Assembly (NCBI GenBank): GCA_034717835.1
Contig: JAYELZ010000273.1
Coordinates: forward strand, 1 to 63,445
DNA length: 63,445 nucleotides
Origin: Chloroflexota bacterium
Lineage (GTDB): Bacteria; Chloroflexota; Anaerolineae; B4-G1; SLSP01
Direction of reading: 5' to 3'
Below are positions 1 to 10,198 of the stretch, one piece after another. How positions within the stretch are numbered: position 1 is the stretch's first letter; each line of letters starts with the position of its first letter. The position numbers were made by a program, and so were the translations under genes. The notes under the pieces were generated by a model, which was not told the DNA's origin, made no database searches, and saw only the letters and a program-made list of their open reading frames with translations.

Positions 1-226
1 CCCACCGGAGTAGTCGCCTGCCCGCGGGCAAACCCCCGTGAAGCCCGTCGCGCAACAACGTGCGGCGGCGCGGATCGTGGGGTGGAACTTCGTCCATCCA
101 CCTATCCACTGCGCCCTGGGGACTCCGGGATTGCGCCCAACATTCGGCCCAGCCCGCCCCCACATAACCGGCGCGCCGCAGCCGCTCCTGGATGTAGGCG
201 CCATCGGAACCGGTATGGCTACACCA
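1..226 (-). pseudogene. 5'-truncated CAP/SCP-domain gene fragment, a paralog of the C-terminal part of 1183..2274. It runs off the left window edge.
   Basis: nt 44-226 align by eye to 1262-1444 at roughly 85% identity. The minus-strand translation WCSHTGSDGAYIQERLRRAGYVGAGWAECWAQSRSPQGAVDRWMDEVPPHDPRRR matches the intact CAP domain. Similarity stops abruptly at 226, and there is no N-terminal half or start codon. Confidence 0.55.
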
Positions 227-244
227 ACTAGTCACCCTCAAATC

Positions 245-553
245 TCACTCTGCCTTGACACCCGTCCCGCGTTTTTGGGGTATAAGCATTATCAAAGAAC
301 GTAGAGCCGCGTTTACAGATTCCGAATCGGGGAAATAGTCCCGCACATCTGGTTCTAGCAGCACTGCACCTTCTGCGAGCGTAAAATGCTGCACAGTGGT
401 CGTTCCATCAGATTTGTGAATCTTAACCGTATGCCCCGCACGATAGGCTTTGTAGTACTTACCTCGAACACCACCTTTCATACTGGCAAAATCGTACTCG
501 GAGCGCATATCATCGTTTCCCAAGTCCGCTTGTTTAGAGGTTCCCTTTTTCAT
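245..553 (-). CDS. Putative antitoxin partner of the BrnT-like toxin
   Basis: MKKGTSKQADLGNDDMRSEYDFASMKGGVRGKYYKAY...PDVRDYFPDSESVNAALRSL. The gene lies directly downstream of the toxin gene and overlaps it. An alternative start is at 508. The track start at 604 lies inside the toxin gene. Confidence 0.6.
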   Translation of the reverse strand: MKKGTSKQADLGNDDMRSEYDFASMKGGVRGKYYKAYRAGHTVKIHKSDGTTTVQHFTLAEGAVLLEPDVRDYFPDSESVNAALRSLIMLIPQKRGTGVKAE

Positions 554-818
554 AATTTCTCCGTTCAGATCTGGTCGCTTTGCGACAACTGCTAATGCGT
601 ACATTTACTTCTCGCTCTGTATGCACCACAATCAAAATTCGTTGTTTCAGAGAATAGCCGATGTTGAGGTAACGTTGTTCGCGGTGAGAATGCTCCGGGT
701 CAGGAAACGTCATCAGGAATGAATCACTGAAAACCGTCTTAGCTTCCTCAAAACTGATTTTATGCTTCCTCAGATTTGCTTGAGCCTTTTCTTTGTCCCA
801 CTCAAATAGCAGACTCAT
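534..818 (-). CDS. brnT: BrnT/DUF497-family ribonuclease toxin
   Basis: 94 aa with N-terminal FEWDKEKAQANLRKHKISFEEAKTVFSD and later HSHREQRYLNIG, the motif pattern of BrnT toxins. Confidence 0.8.
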   Translation of the reverse strand: MSLLFEWDKEKAQANLRKHKISFEEAKTVFSDSFLMTFPDPEHSHREQRYLNIGYSLKQRILIVVHTEREVNVRISSCRKATRSERRNYEKGNL

Positions 819-1182
819 TGAGTACTTTTTTTCAATTCTTGAACATAAATTTACCCATCGCTGGTATGACCTACCATATTGCTCACGATGAACAATAGTG
901 GATAGATGGGCGTTTGTTCACCTGGAGACTTATCACAGCCAACACCGCACACCCTCATTATACGTTTCTGCCGCCATCACGCAATCGCCTACCACAAACT
1001 AAAATCTCCGAATAAAAAGTCGGCGGGGGAAAGGTGAAAAAGATTACGCAAGGCAACTCCCAGAGGTGGTACGCTCAAGAGATCGGCCCCAGCTAATCTA
1101 ACCACCCTGTCATTCTGTAACTCAGGGTCTTTGGCCACGGGTGCTGGCTGTGGTGTAACTGTTACCTCATCCTCGACTCAAG

Positions 1183-2274
1183 CTACGGACGGCCAAAATC
1201 AGCGATGAAATAATAATATCCGTGCCCCGTGTCGCTAATTCCCAACCCGATCTCCGTCAGCCAGTCGCTCAACAGCGTGCGGCGGTGCGGATCGTGGGGC
1301 GGGACCTCATCCATCCACCTATCCACTGCCCCCTGGGGACTCTGGGATTGCGCCCAACACTCGGCCCAGCCCGCCCCCTCGTAACCCACCCGCCGCAGCC
1401 GCTCCTGGATGTAGGCACCATCGGAACCGGTATGGCTACACCAGCCGCGCTGCGAGCAATCGTTGGCGTGTGCTTGCGCGGCCTCGGCCAACAGGGGATG
1501 ATAGCTGAACGGCGGTAAGCCGTGCGCCGCACGCACTCCGTTGATCAGGCGAGCCACCTCTTGCGGCCAAGCCGCTACATCAGCGGGCGGAGCAGCTGGC
1601 GGAGCAACCGGCATCGGCGTTGGCGCTGGCGGTATAGCCGTGGGAGTAGGGACGAGGTCGGGAGCGGTAGCCGGCAACGCAGTCGGGGGAAACGGTATCG
1701 CTGTGGGAGCGGGAGCTTGCACCACGGCCGGCCCCGCCAAGGGCAAAATCAACCATTCGCCGACGCGGATCGTGGAGGCATCCTCCAAGCTATTGGCCGC
1801 TTGCAACTCCGCCAACGGCAACTCATAGCGCGAGGCAATCCCCACCAGAGTATCCCCGGCGACCACTTCATAGAGCCTCCAAAAGGGCGTAGCCCCCACC
1901 CAAGCGTCTGCCGCCGGAATCTCCAACAGCGCGCCCGCTTGCACCATGAGATTCGCTCCCATGCCGTTAGCCTGTTGGATGGCAGCCAACGGCACATCGT
2001 ACTGCAGCGCTAACGCCAAGAGCGTCTCGCCGGCCTGCACTGCATGTTGGCGGGATGAGGACACTTCCTCGACCACGGGGGCCACTGGTGCCACGGCAAG
2101 TGTGGCCGTTGCCACCGCGAAAGCGGTGGGCGTAGACGCCGGCAGTGACGCAAACGTAGCCGGATCCCCCACCAGTAGTTTTACCATGGGCGTGGGTGTA
2201 ATCTCCTCCCCGCCGGCTGCACAAGCCGTCAACCAAAGCAGACACCCCACCCCGCACCATCGCCATACGTTCAT
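1183..2274 (-). CDS. Secreted lipoprotein with two LysM repeats and a C-terminal CAP/SCP domain
   Basis: Signal/lipobox LLWLTAC. LysM repeats HAVQAGETLLALALQYDVPLAAIQQAN and YEVVAGDTLVGIASRYELPLAELQAAN. CAP-like C-terminus (HANDCSQRGWCSHTGSDGAY...). Confidence 0.85.
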   Translation of the reverse strand: MNVWRWCGVGCLLWLTACAAGGEEITPTPMVKLLVGDPATFASLPASTPTAFAVATATLAVAPVAPVVEEVSSSRQHAVQAGETLLALALQYDVPLAAIQQANGMGANLMVQAGALLEIPAADAWVGATPFWRLYEVVAGDTLVGIASRYELPLAELQAANSLEDASTIRVGEWLILPLAGPAVVQAPAPTAIPFPPTALPATAPDLVPTPTAIPPAPTPMPVAPPAAPPADVAAWPQEVARLINGVRAAHGLPPFSYHPLLAEAAQAHANDCSQRGWCSHTGSDGAYIQERLRRVGYEGAGWAECWAQSQSPQGAVDRWMDEVPPHDPHRRTLLSDWLTEIGLGISDTGHGYYYFIADFGRP

Positions 2275-2415
2275 CCCACCAACGCTCCCTATCTCAACCC
2301 TGAAAAGCTATCCTAAAATCCAACTATACCAGGTCTGAGGGAATCCACACTGGACCAAGCAGAGCGCCGAGCTAATAGCTCGGCGCTCTATCAATCCACA
2401 CAAATCGGCACTACT

Positions 2416-2814
2416 TCACTCTGTGATGGTTGTTTCCCCGACCCGCTGCGAGGAGAGCCAATAGCCAATTGCATCCAACAACATCTGCGGGGTGATGGGA
2501 CGCAGCAAAAAATCGTTAGCTCCGGCGGCCATCACACTATCCCGCACTTCAGGCAAAGCTGCCGCAGTGAAAACCAAAACCGGTAGGTTCTGATAACGTT
2601 TATCCGCGCGCATGACTTTTAACAATTCCAATCCGTCGAGTTCGGGTAACACAAAATTGGTGATCATCAAATCCACCGGCACGCTCTGCAACCGTTCCAA
2701 TGCTTCAAAGCCATGCGTGGCCGTCACGACAGTATAACCTTCCAGACGCAGCAAATCGCGCAACGTAGGGCGCAAAATAGGATGATCTTCTACAACTAAG
2801 ATGGTGAACATCAA
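2416..2814 (-). CDS. Stand-alone CheY-like receiver domain protein with an atypical active site
   Basis: 132 aa. ILVVEDHP, DLMITNFVLPELDG, VLVFTAA and DFLLRP align to the receiver fold. Confidence 0.85.
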   Translation of the reverse strand: MMFTILVVEDHPILRPTLRDLLRLEGYTVVTATHGFEALERLQSVPVDLMITNFVLPELDGLELLKVMRADKRYQNLPVLVFTAAALPEVRDSVMAAGANDFLLRPITPQMLLDAIGYWLSSQRVGETTITE

Positions 2815-2952
2815 ATGCTTCCTCCTGGCTCATTATCCCAAAGGCATTTTATCTCTTGGCGGCCACTTCTTTTATCACTATCCTACCAAAAAAGGTGCCC
2901 GGCAGCAGTTACTAAATAGTTTCAAGTGAGTTACGTCAACCAAGGCTAGCAA

Positions 2953-2990
2953 ACGAATGAGCGAGAAAGCGAGAAGGCGAAAGTAGTAGA
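2953..2990. repeat. Short-word repeat with a period of about 8 nt (GCGAGAAA/GCGAGAAG)
   Basis: cgaatgagcgagaaagcgagaaggcgaaagtagtaga. The same word family occurs at 25254, 27718 and 42215. Confidence 0.7.
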
Positions 2991-3026
2991 CAAACAAAAA
3001 CGGCCCGGAAGGATCCCTCCGGGCCG
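2991..3026 (-). terminator. Rho-independent terminator downstream of 3044..3829
   Basis: GC hairpin cggcccggagg-gat-ccttccgggccg followed by TTTTTGTTTG on the minus strand. Confidence 0.75.
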
Positions 3027-3043
3027 TTTTCACTTCGATGTAA

Positions 3044-3829
3044 TTACTGTTGTAGAAAATTCGTCAAACCACGCACCACTGAACCTTCACCCTGCGACTG
3101 GCCGCCGGCGGAGGGAGCGAATTGCAAGATGCGGTCCGCCAACCGCGAGAAGGGTAACGATTGTAACCAGACACGCCCGGTGCCGGATAGAGTCGCCAGG
3201 AACATTCCTTCGCCACCAAAAACCATTGACTTGAGATTGCCGGCCCGTTGGATATCGTAACTGATGTTTCTCTCGAAGGCCACGATACAGCCGGTGTCCA
3301 CCAGCAGCTTCTCATTGTGAAGCTGCTTCTCCACGATAGTGCCGCCCGCGTGGAGAAAAGCCAGTCCATCTCCGCGCAAACGCTGGAGAATAAATCCTTC
3401 CCCACCAAAAAGCCCAGTTCCCAACCTCTTATTGAAGGCGATGCTCACTTCGGTGCCCAAAGCCGCCGCCAAAAAGGAATCTTTCTGACAGAGGAGCTCA
3501 CCGCCAGTTTGATCCAGATCCAAGGGCATAATACGTCCTGGGTAGGGCGCGCCGAACGCTACGTGTTGCTTCCCGGCGCGAGTGTTGGTGAAATGTGTCA
3601 TAAAAAGCGATTCCTTGGTTAAAGCCCGCTTACCCACCTCCATCATCGCCCCCAGGAACCCTTGTTTGGGCTTGGAACCGTCCCCCAACTTGGTCTCGAA
3701 AGAGATACCTTCTTCCATATACATCATCGCGCCAGCTTCAGCAATTACCGTTTCACCACGATCCAGCTCAATTTCTACAAATTGTAAATCGTCACCAAAA
3801 ATCTGATAGTCTACTGCGTGACTCTTCAT
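3044..3829 (-). CDS. AIM24/TIGR00266-family protein
   Basis: 261 aa. N-terminal [32 protein letters not shown] and a repeated GGEGF/GGEGM pattern are characteristic of this family. Confidence 0.8.
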   Translation of the reverse strand: MKSHAVDYQIFGDDLQFVEIELDRGETVIAEAGAMMYMEEGISFETKLGDGSKPKQGFLGAMMEVGKRALTKESLFMTHFTNTRAGKQHVAFGAPYPGRIMPLDLDQTGGELLCQKDSFLAAALGTEVSIAFNKRLGTGLFGGEGFILQRLRGDGLAFLHAGGTIVEKQLHNEKLLVDTGCIVAFERNISYDIQRAGNLKSMVFGGEGMFLATLSGTGRVWLQSLPFSRLADRILQFAPSAGGQSQGEGSVVRGLTNFLQQ

Positions 3830-4006
3830 TTTGCTCTCCTTAGTTAAAATTGGCTAATGGAACAGACGCTCTTCCCTATTATACTACGCGGCTAGGAGAT
3901 TGAAGGTTGTGGGGAAAAGCGCAGGAACTGGCAGGCGCGGAAACAGTGATGAGCAATGGTGAGATTAAGGAGAGCACCGCCTGCCAGTTTGATACCGAAA
4001 TATTTC

Positions 4007-4990
4007 CTAGTCCGCACTTTCATGCATACATTTAGCCGCCTCGATCACGGCCGCACGCAGCCGGGAATAGGGCAGGCCGACCTGTTCCATGCCCAAGAGC
4101 ACGCCGCCCACCACCGGCGGGGACTCTAGGCGCACGGGTTTGGCCTCCGGAGCAACCGCGTGGATGACCGTTAGCATCGTCTCCGTCAACAGCGGGCTGC
4201 CATTGAACATGCTACCAATCTGCACCACCTCGAATTCTTCCCGCTCCAGAGACAATTGTCGGATGACGCCGATGGCCAGACTACCAAGTTCGCGTCCCGC
4301 ATGACGCACGAGTTCTTCGGCCACGGCATCTCCGGCGTTGGCTACCCGAAAGACCAATGGCGCGTCACTGGCCGTGAACTCGTAGCGGCCCAAATAGATG
4401 CCTTCCAGCAGCTCAGAGAGGTTTTTCGCCCCCGCCCGTGCGATCAAAGCGGTCTCTAGCTGCGTAGCTGGCCCACGTTGAGTCCAGCTCTCTGCCACCG
4501 CGCGCACGGCCCAGGCTACCAAATCACTGCCCCCGGCGTGTTCTCCAAACCACTCTCCGCCGCCCGTCACCCGTCCTTCGCGGCCTTGACGATCACGGCC
4601 CCAGCAGTTGCTCCCGGTGCCAGAAACCACGCCCACGCCCCAGCCCTCGCTCGCCCCGGCGATTAGACCGATGAGCGCATCGTTGACCAGAGCGTAAGGA
4701 GCCTGCAATCCCAGGGACGCGATTATTTCACAATGCGCCGCCCGCTCGCCAGGCCAATCGTAGCCGGCGATGCCAAAGCCCACCCCGGATAGTTGCGCCA
4801 GCGTGATGCCGGCTCTGGCTATTGCCTGATTGACAAGCTCACGAAGCACGCGGCGCAACCCTGACCAACCTACCGTTTCATAATTGCCGGCGCCAACTTC
4901 GGCAAAGCCTACCCTGTGACCTAGCTCGTCGGTGATTAGAGCATGGCTCTTGGTGCCGCCAATGTCTATGCCCAAGAAATAATCTGCCAT
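4007..4990 (-). CDS. BadF/BadG/BcrA/BcrD-type ATPase, N-acetylglucosamine-kinase-like sugar kinase
   Basis: YFLGIDIGGTKSHALITD phosphate-1 motif and a GSGSN-like GTGSNCWG. The ATG at 4990 lies 3 nt after the GH4 stop. The track start 5005 would overlap. Confidence 0.7.
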   Translation of the reverse strand: MADYFLGIDIGGTKSHALITDELGHRVGFAEVGAGNYETVGWSGLRRVLRELVNQAIARAGITLAQLSGVGFGIAGYDWPGERAAHCEIIASLGLQAPYALVNDALIGLIAGASEGWGVGVVSGTGSNCWGRDRQGREGRVTGGGEWFGEHAGGSDLVAWAVRAVAESWTQRGPATQLETALIARAGAKNLSELLEGIYLGRYEFTASDAPLVFRVANAGDAVAEELVRHAGRELGSLAIGVIRQLSLEREEFEVVQIGSMFNGSPLLTETMLTVIHAVAPEAKPVRLESPPVVGGVLLGMEQVGLPYSRLRAAVIEAAKCMHESAD

Positions 4991-4992
4991 GC

Positions 4993-6288
4993 TCACTCCG
5001 CCCAAAACTGCGGCAAGTAGCGTTTATGCGTCTCCAGTAGATCGTCCAATACCGTTTGGACTTGATCAGCAGCCGGCCCCAGCGGATGCACGAGGAGTGC
5101 CTGGTAAGCCGCCTGACGATCCCCATGCACGGCAGCCTCCACCGTCAGCAGCTCGTAGGCCTTGACGTTAGCCAGCAACCCCGCGCAAACCGGCGGCAGT
5201 GGTTCGGTGGGCAACGGGAGTAGACCATCACGGTTAACACGGCAGGGCAATTCCAACACCCAATCCTCCGGCCAGCCCGGCACTGCTCCCCGATGCGGTA
5301 CATTGACCACGTGTATCTCTCCCCAATCATTGTAGTGTGCATTGAGCAACTGCGTCGCCACCGTGGAGTAATAGGCCCCGCCGCGTTCCATCAACAGCGC
5401 TGGCGGCTCTTTTCGCTCTGGTTCGGCATACTGCGCCAGCAATTGCTCCTCAATCCGCATCACTTCTTCGGCCCGCGAGGGCGGCCATTTTTTCTGTGCG
5501 GCGATCTTCTTGGCGGTGTAGTAGTAATACTCCAAGTAGTAATTGGGAATCATGCCCAGGGCTTGGATAGTAGCCAAATCCCATTCCTGCTCTGGGTCGG
5601 CTTTTACCTGCTCTTCGAAAGCCTCCATGATTTGCGGCCAGTGTTCCTCTCCATCCACCGTGAACCCCCGGTGCCAAGAAAGATGGTTTAATCCTAGCGT
5701 GTTCAGTTCAGCCCTTTCGGGAGCGATGGGCGCTCCAGACTGCTTAACCAACAGTTCCAGGAACTTCATCTTGGTGTTGAACGCTACATTGCAAACACCC
5801 ACCGCCGCCACATCCGGAGCATAACGCGCCACCCCTTCGGTCACCAAACCAGAGGGATTGGAGAAATTGACCAGCAAGGCGCCTGGGGCGACCGCTTGTA
5901 TCTCCCGCGCCACATCCAAAATCACGGGGATGGTGCGGAGCGCCTTCGCCATGCCGCCCACACCTGTAGTCTCCTGCCCGACCAAGCCATAACGCCGTCC
6001 TAGATATTCGTCCGCGCGCCGCGCCGCCATCTGGCCCACGCGGAGTTGCGTGATGACGTAAGAGGCTCCCTGTACTGCCGCGCGCAGCTCCGTGGTCAAA
6101 TGCACGTCGAAAGGCACACCTTGAGCAGCGACCATACGTTGCGCAAAACCCCCAACAATCGCCAATCGTTCAGGATCAATATCCATCAACCAGAGCTCGG
6201 AGAGCGGAAAAGAAGCTCTCCGAGCTAGAAAACCATTTATCAATTCCGGCGTATAACTTGAACCGGCCCCAATCACCGTAACTCTCAT
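4993..6288 (-). CDS. Glycoside hydrolase family 4 (NAD/Mn-dependent, 6-phospho-glucosidase-like)
   Basis: MRVTVIGAGSSYTPELINGF Rossmann N-terminus typical of GH4. The ATG at 6288 has an upstream GGAGAGG. The track start 6357 adds 23 unlikely residues. Confidence 0.85.
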   Translation of the reverse strand: MRVTVIGAGSSYTPELINGFLARRASFPLSELWLMDIDPERLAIVGGFAQRMVAAQGVPFDVHLTTELRAAVQGASYVITQLRVGQMAARRADEYLGRRYGLVGQETTGVGGMAKALRTIPVILDVAREIQAVAPGALLVNFSNPSGLVTEGVARYAPDVAAVGVCNVAFNTKMKFLELLVKQSGAPIAPERAELNTLGLNHLSWHRGFTVDGEEHWPQIMEAFEEQVKADPEQEWDLATIQALGMIPNYYLEYYYYTAKKIAAQKKWPPSRAEEVMRIEEQLLAQYAEPERKEPPALLMERGGAYYSTVATQLLNAHYNDWGEIHVVNVPHRGAVPGWPEDWVLELPCRVNRDGLLPLPTEPLPPVCAGLLANVKAYELLTVEAAVHGDRQAAYQALLVHPLGPAADQVQTVLDDLLETHKRYLPQFWAE

Positions 6289-6483
6289 TTCCCTCTCCTG
6301 GATTTTCGCATACAGAATTAAGCAGCTCTCCTCTACTTCACTTTGCCGCTCCTGCACCTCCCTCGGTATAAACCGACTATCTAAACCATGAACTCATCCT
6401 TGATTCCTCTAAAAGGGACCTCTTAATTACTGATTTATCACTTTTATCTGCACCCCTCTCAGTGAAATCATCCTACGCGAAAA

Positions 6484-6510
6484 TGTAAGCCTTCTCTAAA
6501 ACCGCTTACA
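6484..6510. promoter_or_regulatory. Candidate LacI-family operator upstream of the GH4 operon
   Basis: Inverted repeat TGTAAGC-N13-GCTTACA. The right half AACCGCTTACAG recurs at 7613-7624. Confidence 0.35.
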
Positions 6511-6548
6511 GTGACCTCTAAAAAATAATGGCTATGCGCCCCTCTCGG

Positions 6549-7574
6549 CTAAGGCGAACAGCCACAAGAACGTCTAATTATCAATTCTGTAGGCAACAGA
6601 GTAACACCGGCGAGCTCTTCACCGGCAATTAAGCGCACTAACTGCTGAGTAGCCGTCTTCCCCACCAATTCAACGGGTGCGCGCACGGTAGTCAAAGCTG
6701 GAGTGATGTAACGCATTAAGTTAATATCATCAAATCCAACTACCGCGACATCTTCGGGCACCCGCACTCCAGCCCGCTTATAAGCCGCCAACACGCCAAT
6801 CGCCGCTTCATCATCGCAAGTAAAGAGCGCCTCAAATTCCACTCCGTCCCGCAGCCACGTTTCAGCCGAAGTTTGCGCTATTTCGCGATTAAACTGGCCG
6901 GGGGCCACCAACTGGGGATCAAAAGGGATGTTATGCGCCGCCAACGCCTCACGATAACCCAGTTCGCGCCGCTGCGCATCCTCGTGCCCTTCCTGGCCGG
7001 TCAAGAACGCGATCCGACGATAATGATGCACTTCAATGAGATGCGCCATCAACCGTCGCGTGCCGTTTTTATTCTCGATAGTCACGCTCGGTATCTGCAA
7101 ACCCGGAGGAGAAGAACGATGAATCAATACCACGGGGAAACCAATCTGCTTAAAGCGAGCTAATTCACTATCGGCCAAACTATCCACAAAGACCAACAAC
7201 CCATCCGTGTTATGCTCCCCCAGTGGACTAGAAAGGAGTCTCTCTTTCTGCGTGGCGTAGATCAACAAACCATAACCGGCGGCATTGGCCTGGGACTCGA
7301 TGCCCCGCAACATGGGAGTAAAAAAATCCCCCCCAATTTCTGATAATAAGAGACCAATGGTATTACTCTTCTGGTTCGCCAATACTTGGGCCGCAGCCTG
7401 AGGACGGTAATTCAATTTGATAATCGCTGCGCGGACCCGTTCAGTAGTCTTCGGCGTCACCAGATTTGTCCTATTGAACACTCGACTAACCGTAGCATTG
7501 GACACTCCGGCCAACTTAGCGACATCATCAATCGTGGCTCTGGAACGTTTCTTCTCATCAGTTGATAAACTCAT
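6549..7574 (-). CDS. LacI-family transcriptional regulator
   Basis: N-terminal HTH ATIDDVAKLAGVSNATVSRVFN plus a periplasmic-binding-like effector domain. Confidence 0.9.
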   Translation of the reverse strand: MSLSTDEKKRSRATIDDVAKLAGVSNATVSRVFNRTNLVTPKTTERVRAAIIKLNYRPQAAAQVLANQKSNTIGLLLSEIGGDFFTPMLRGIESQANAAGYGLLIYATQKERLLSSPLGEHNTDGLLVFVDSLADSELARFKQIGFPVVLIHRSSPPGLQIPSVTIENKNGTRRLMAHLIEVHHYRRIAFLTGQEGHEDAQRRELGYREALAAHNIPFDPQLVAPGQFNREIAQTSAETWLRDGVEFEALFTCDDEAAIGVLAAYKRAGVRVPEDVAVVGFDDINLMRYITPALTTVRAPVELVGKTATQQLVRLIAGEELAGVTLLPTELIIRRSCGCSP

Positions 7575-7597
7575 GTGAGGTCCTTAGCCTAATTCAG

Positions 7598-7622
7598 GTA
7601 AGCGGTTTTTGTAACCGCTTAC
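7598..7622. promoter_or_regulatory. Candidate LacI operator (autoregulation)
   Basis: Perfect 10-bp inverted repeat GTAAGCGGTT-tttgt-AACCGCTTAC, 24 nt upstream of the lacI-family start. Confidence 0.35.
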
Positions 7623-7678
7623 AGTATATACATAAGCCAAAATTTTGTCAAGAGGGAATGTTAGCAAAAGAAGAAAAT

Positions 7679-7717
7679 AATCCCTGTGCTCTCCGTTCCG
7701 CAATGTTGAAATTCCTG
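7679..7717. repeat. Copy of the CCCTGTGCTCTCCGT module
   Basis: atccctgtgctctccgt is identical to 43257-43273, and the following about 20 nt are similar. Confidence 0.6.
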
Positions 7718-7758
7718 CTTTCAGATTGCCAGTTGTGCAGATGGTGAAGGCAACTATG

Positions 7759-7793
7759 CAAAAAGCCCCAGAGCTCTGCTCTGGGGCTTTTTG
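7759..7793 (-). terminator. Rho-independent terminator after groEL
   Basis: agccccagag-ctct-gctctggggct flanked by A and T runs (bidirectional shape). Confidence 0.8.
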
Positions 7794-7830
7794 ATAACTA
7801 CACGGTCGGTCAATCAACCGCGCAAGAATC

Positions 7831-9507
<1,677 letters not shown>

Positions 9508-9531
9508 TCAGTATACTTGTATAAACTAACG

Positions 9532-9816
9532 TTAGGCTGCCAGAACTGCCAGCAAATCATCCTCACGCAAGATCAGAACTTCATCACCAAAACTACTCTT
9601 GAATTTGGTACCAGCGTACTTGGCATAGATCACGGTATCGCCTTCCTGCAAGACATCGCTCACTACGTCCGCACCCAGCGCCAAGATCTGACCCTGTTGG
9701 GGCTTTTCTTTGGCGGTATCCGGCAGCACCAGTTTGCCGCCAGCAATGGTCATCTCTTCTTCTTCGATGGGCTTTACCACTACACGGTCACCCAAAGGAC
9801 GAATCTCTACACTCAT
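9532..9816 (-). CDS. groS: Co-chaperonin GroES
   Basis: MSVEIRPLGDRVVVKP... with GGAGG 7 nt upstream of the ATG at 9816. The track start 9864 lies inside the CIRCE operator. Confidence 0.93.
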   Translation of the reverse strand: MSVEIRPLGDRVVVKPIEEEEMTIAGGKLVLPDTAKEKPQQGQILALGADVVSDVLQEGDTVIYAKYAGTKFKSSFGDEVLILREDDLLAVLAA

Positions 9817-9857
9817 GCTCTTACCTCCATCCAATCTAAAATTGTGGTTTACGCTCA

Positions 9858-9884
9858 TTAGCACTCGCCGACTTAGAGTGCTAA
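9858..9884 (-). promoter_or_regulatory. CIRCE operator (HrcA site), promoter-proximal
   Basis: Exact consensus TTAGCACTC-N9-GAGTGCTAA. Confidence 0.9.
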
Positions 9885-9896
9885 ATGATAGTCAAC

Positions 9897-9925
9897 ATAA
9901 TAACACAAGCCTGTTTTTTTGTCAA
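9897..9925 (-). promoter_or_regulatory. Sigma-70-type groES promoter
   Basis: On the minus strand, TTGACA-17 nt-TATTAT. The -35 overlaps the arm of the upstream CIRCE. Confidence 0.6.
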
Positions 9926-9949
9926 GCACTCGACAGGGAAGAGTGCTAA
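9923..9949 (-). promoter_or_regulatory. Second CIRCE-like operator overlapping the -35
   Basis: CAAGCACTC-N9-GAGTGCTAA, 16/18 match to consensus. Confidence 0.75.
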
Positions 9950-10005
9950 AAATGGCAAATAGCGGATGTCTTTAGGTTTTCATCAGCCGCAGCACGCCTA
10001 CTAAA

Positions 10006-10187
10006 GGGGTCTCCCGGAGGCTAAAGCCGCCGGTCCACCGGCGTGAACAGAGACTAGAGTGCATCAACGTGGGTGGACAGCCGGCGCCATGCACTTCAGC
10101 AAGCGACTCAGCTGTGTCACGGGGCCAACCACGGCCTAAAATGCCCAGCAGACTGTGGTGGCGCGGTCGGGAGACCGACCATAGCTA
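10006..10187. repeat. Structured intergenic element of the GGTCTCCCG / CGGTCGGGAGACC family
   Basis: The outer arms ggggtctcccgg and ggtcgggagaccgacc are complementary. The right arm gtggtggcgcggtcgggagaccgaccatagcta is about 85% identical to the reverse complement of 61411-61443. Confidence 0.55.
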
Positions 10188-10198
10188 ACGGCTAATCT

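Noticed and set aside
38-304. 88-aa plus-strand ORF (and its twin 1222..1518)
   Set aside because: Both are antisense to CAP-domain coding sequence. Their mutual similarity merely reflects the sense-strand paralogy.
9817-9864. N-terminal extension of groES from the track start
   Set aside because: The GTG lies inside the CIRCE operator downstream of the predicted -10. The ATG at 9816 has a GGAGG and gives the canonical MSV.IRPLGDRV start.
9950-10198. Possible housekeeping ncRNA (RNase P, SRP, 6S or tmRNA) in the structured 250-nt spacer
   Set aside because: None of the conserved motifs of those RNAs were found by eye. The arms instead match the dispersed GGTCTCCCGACC repeat family seen at 24.6 and 61.4 kb.
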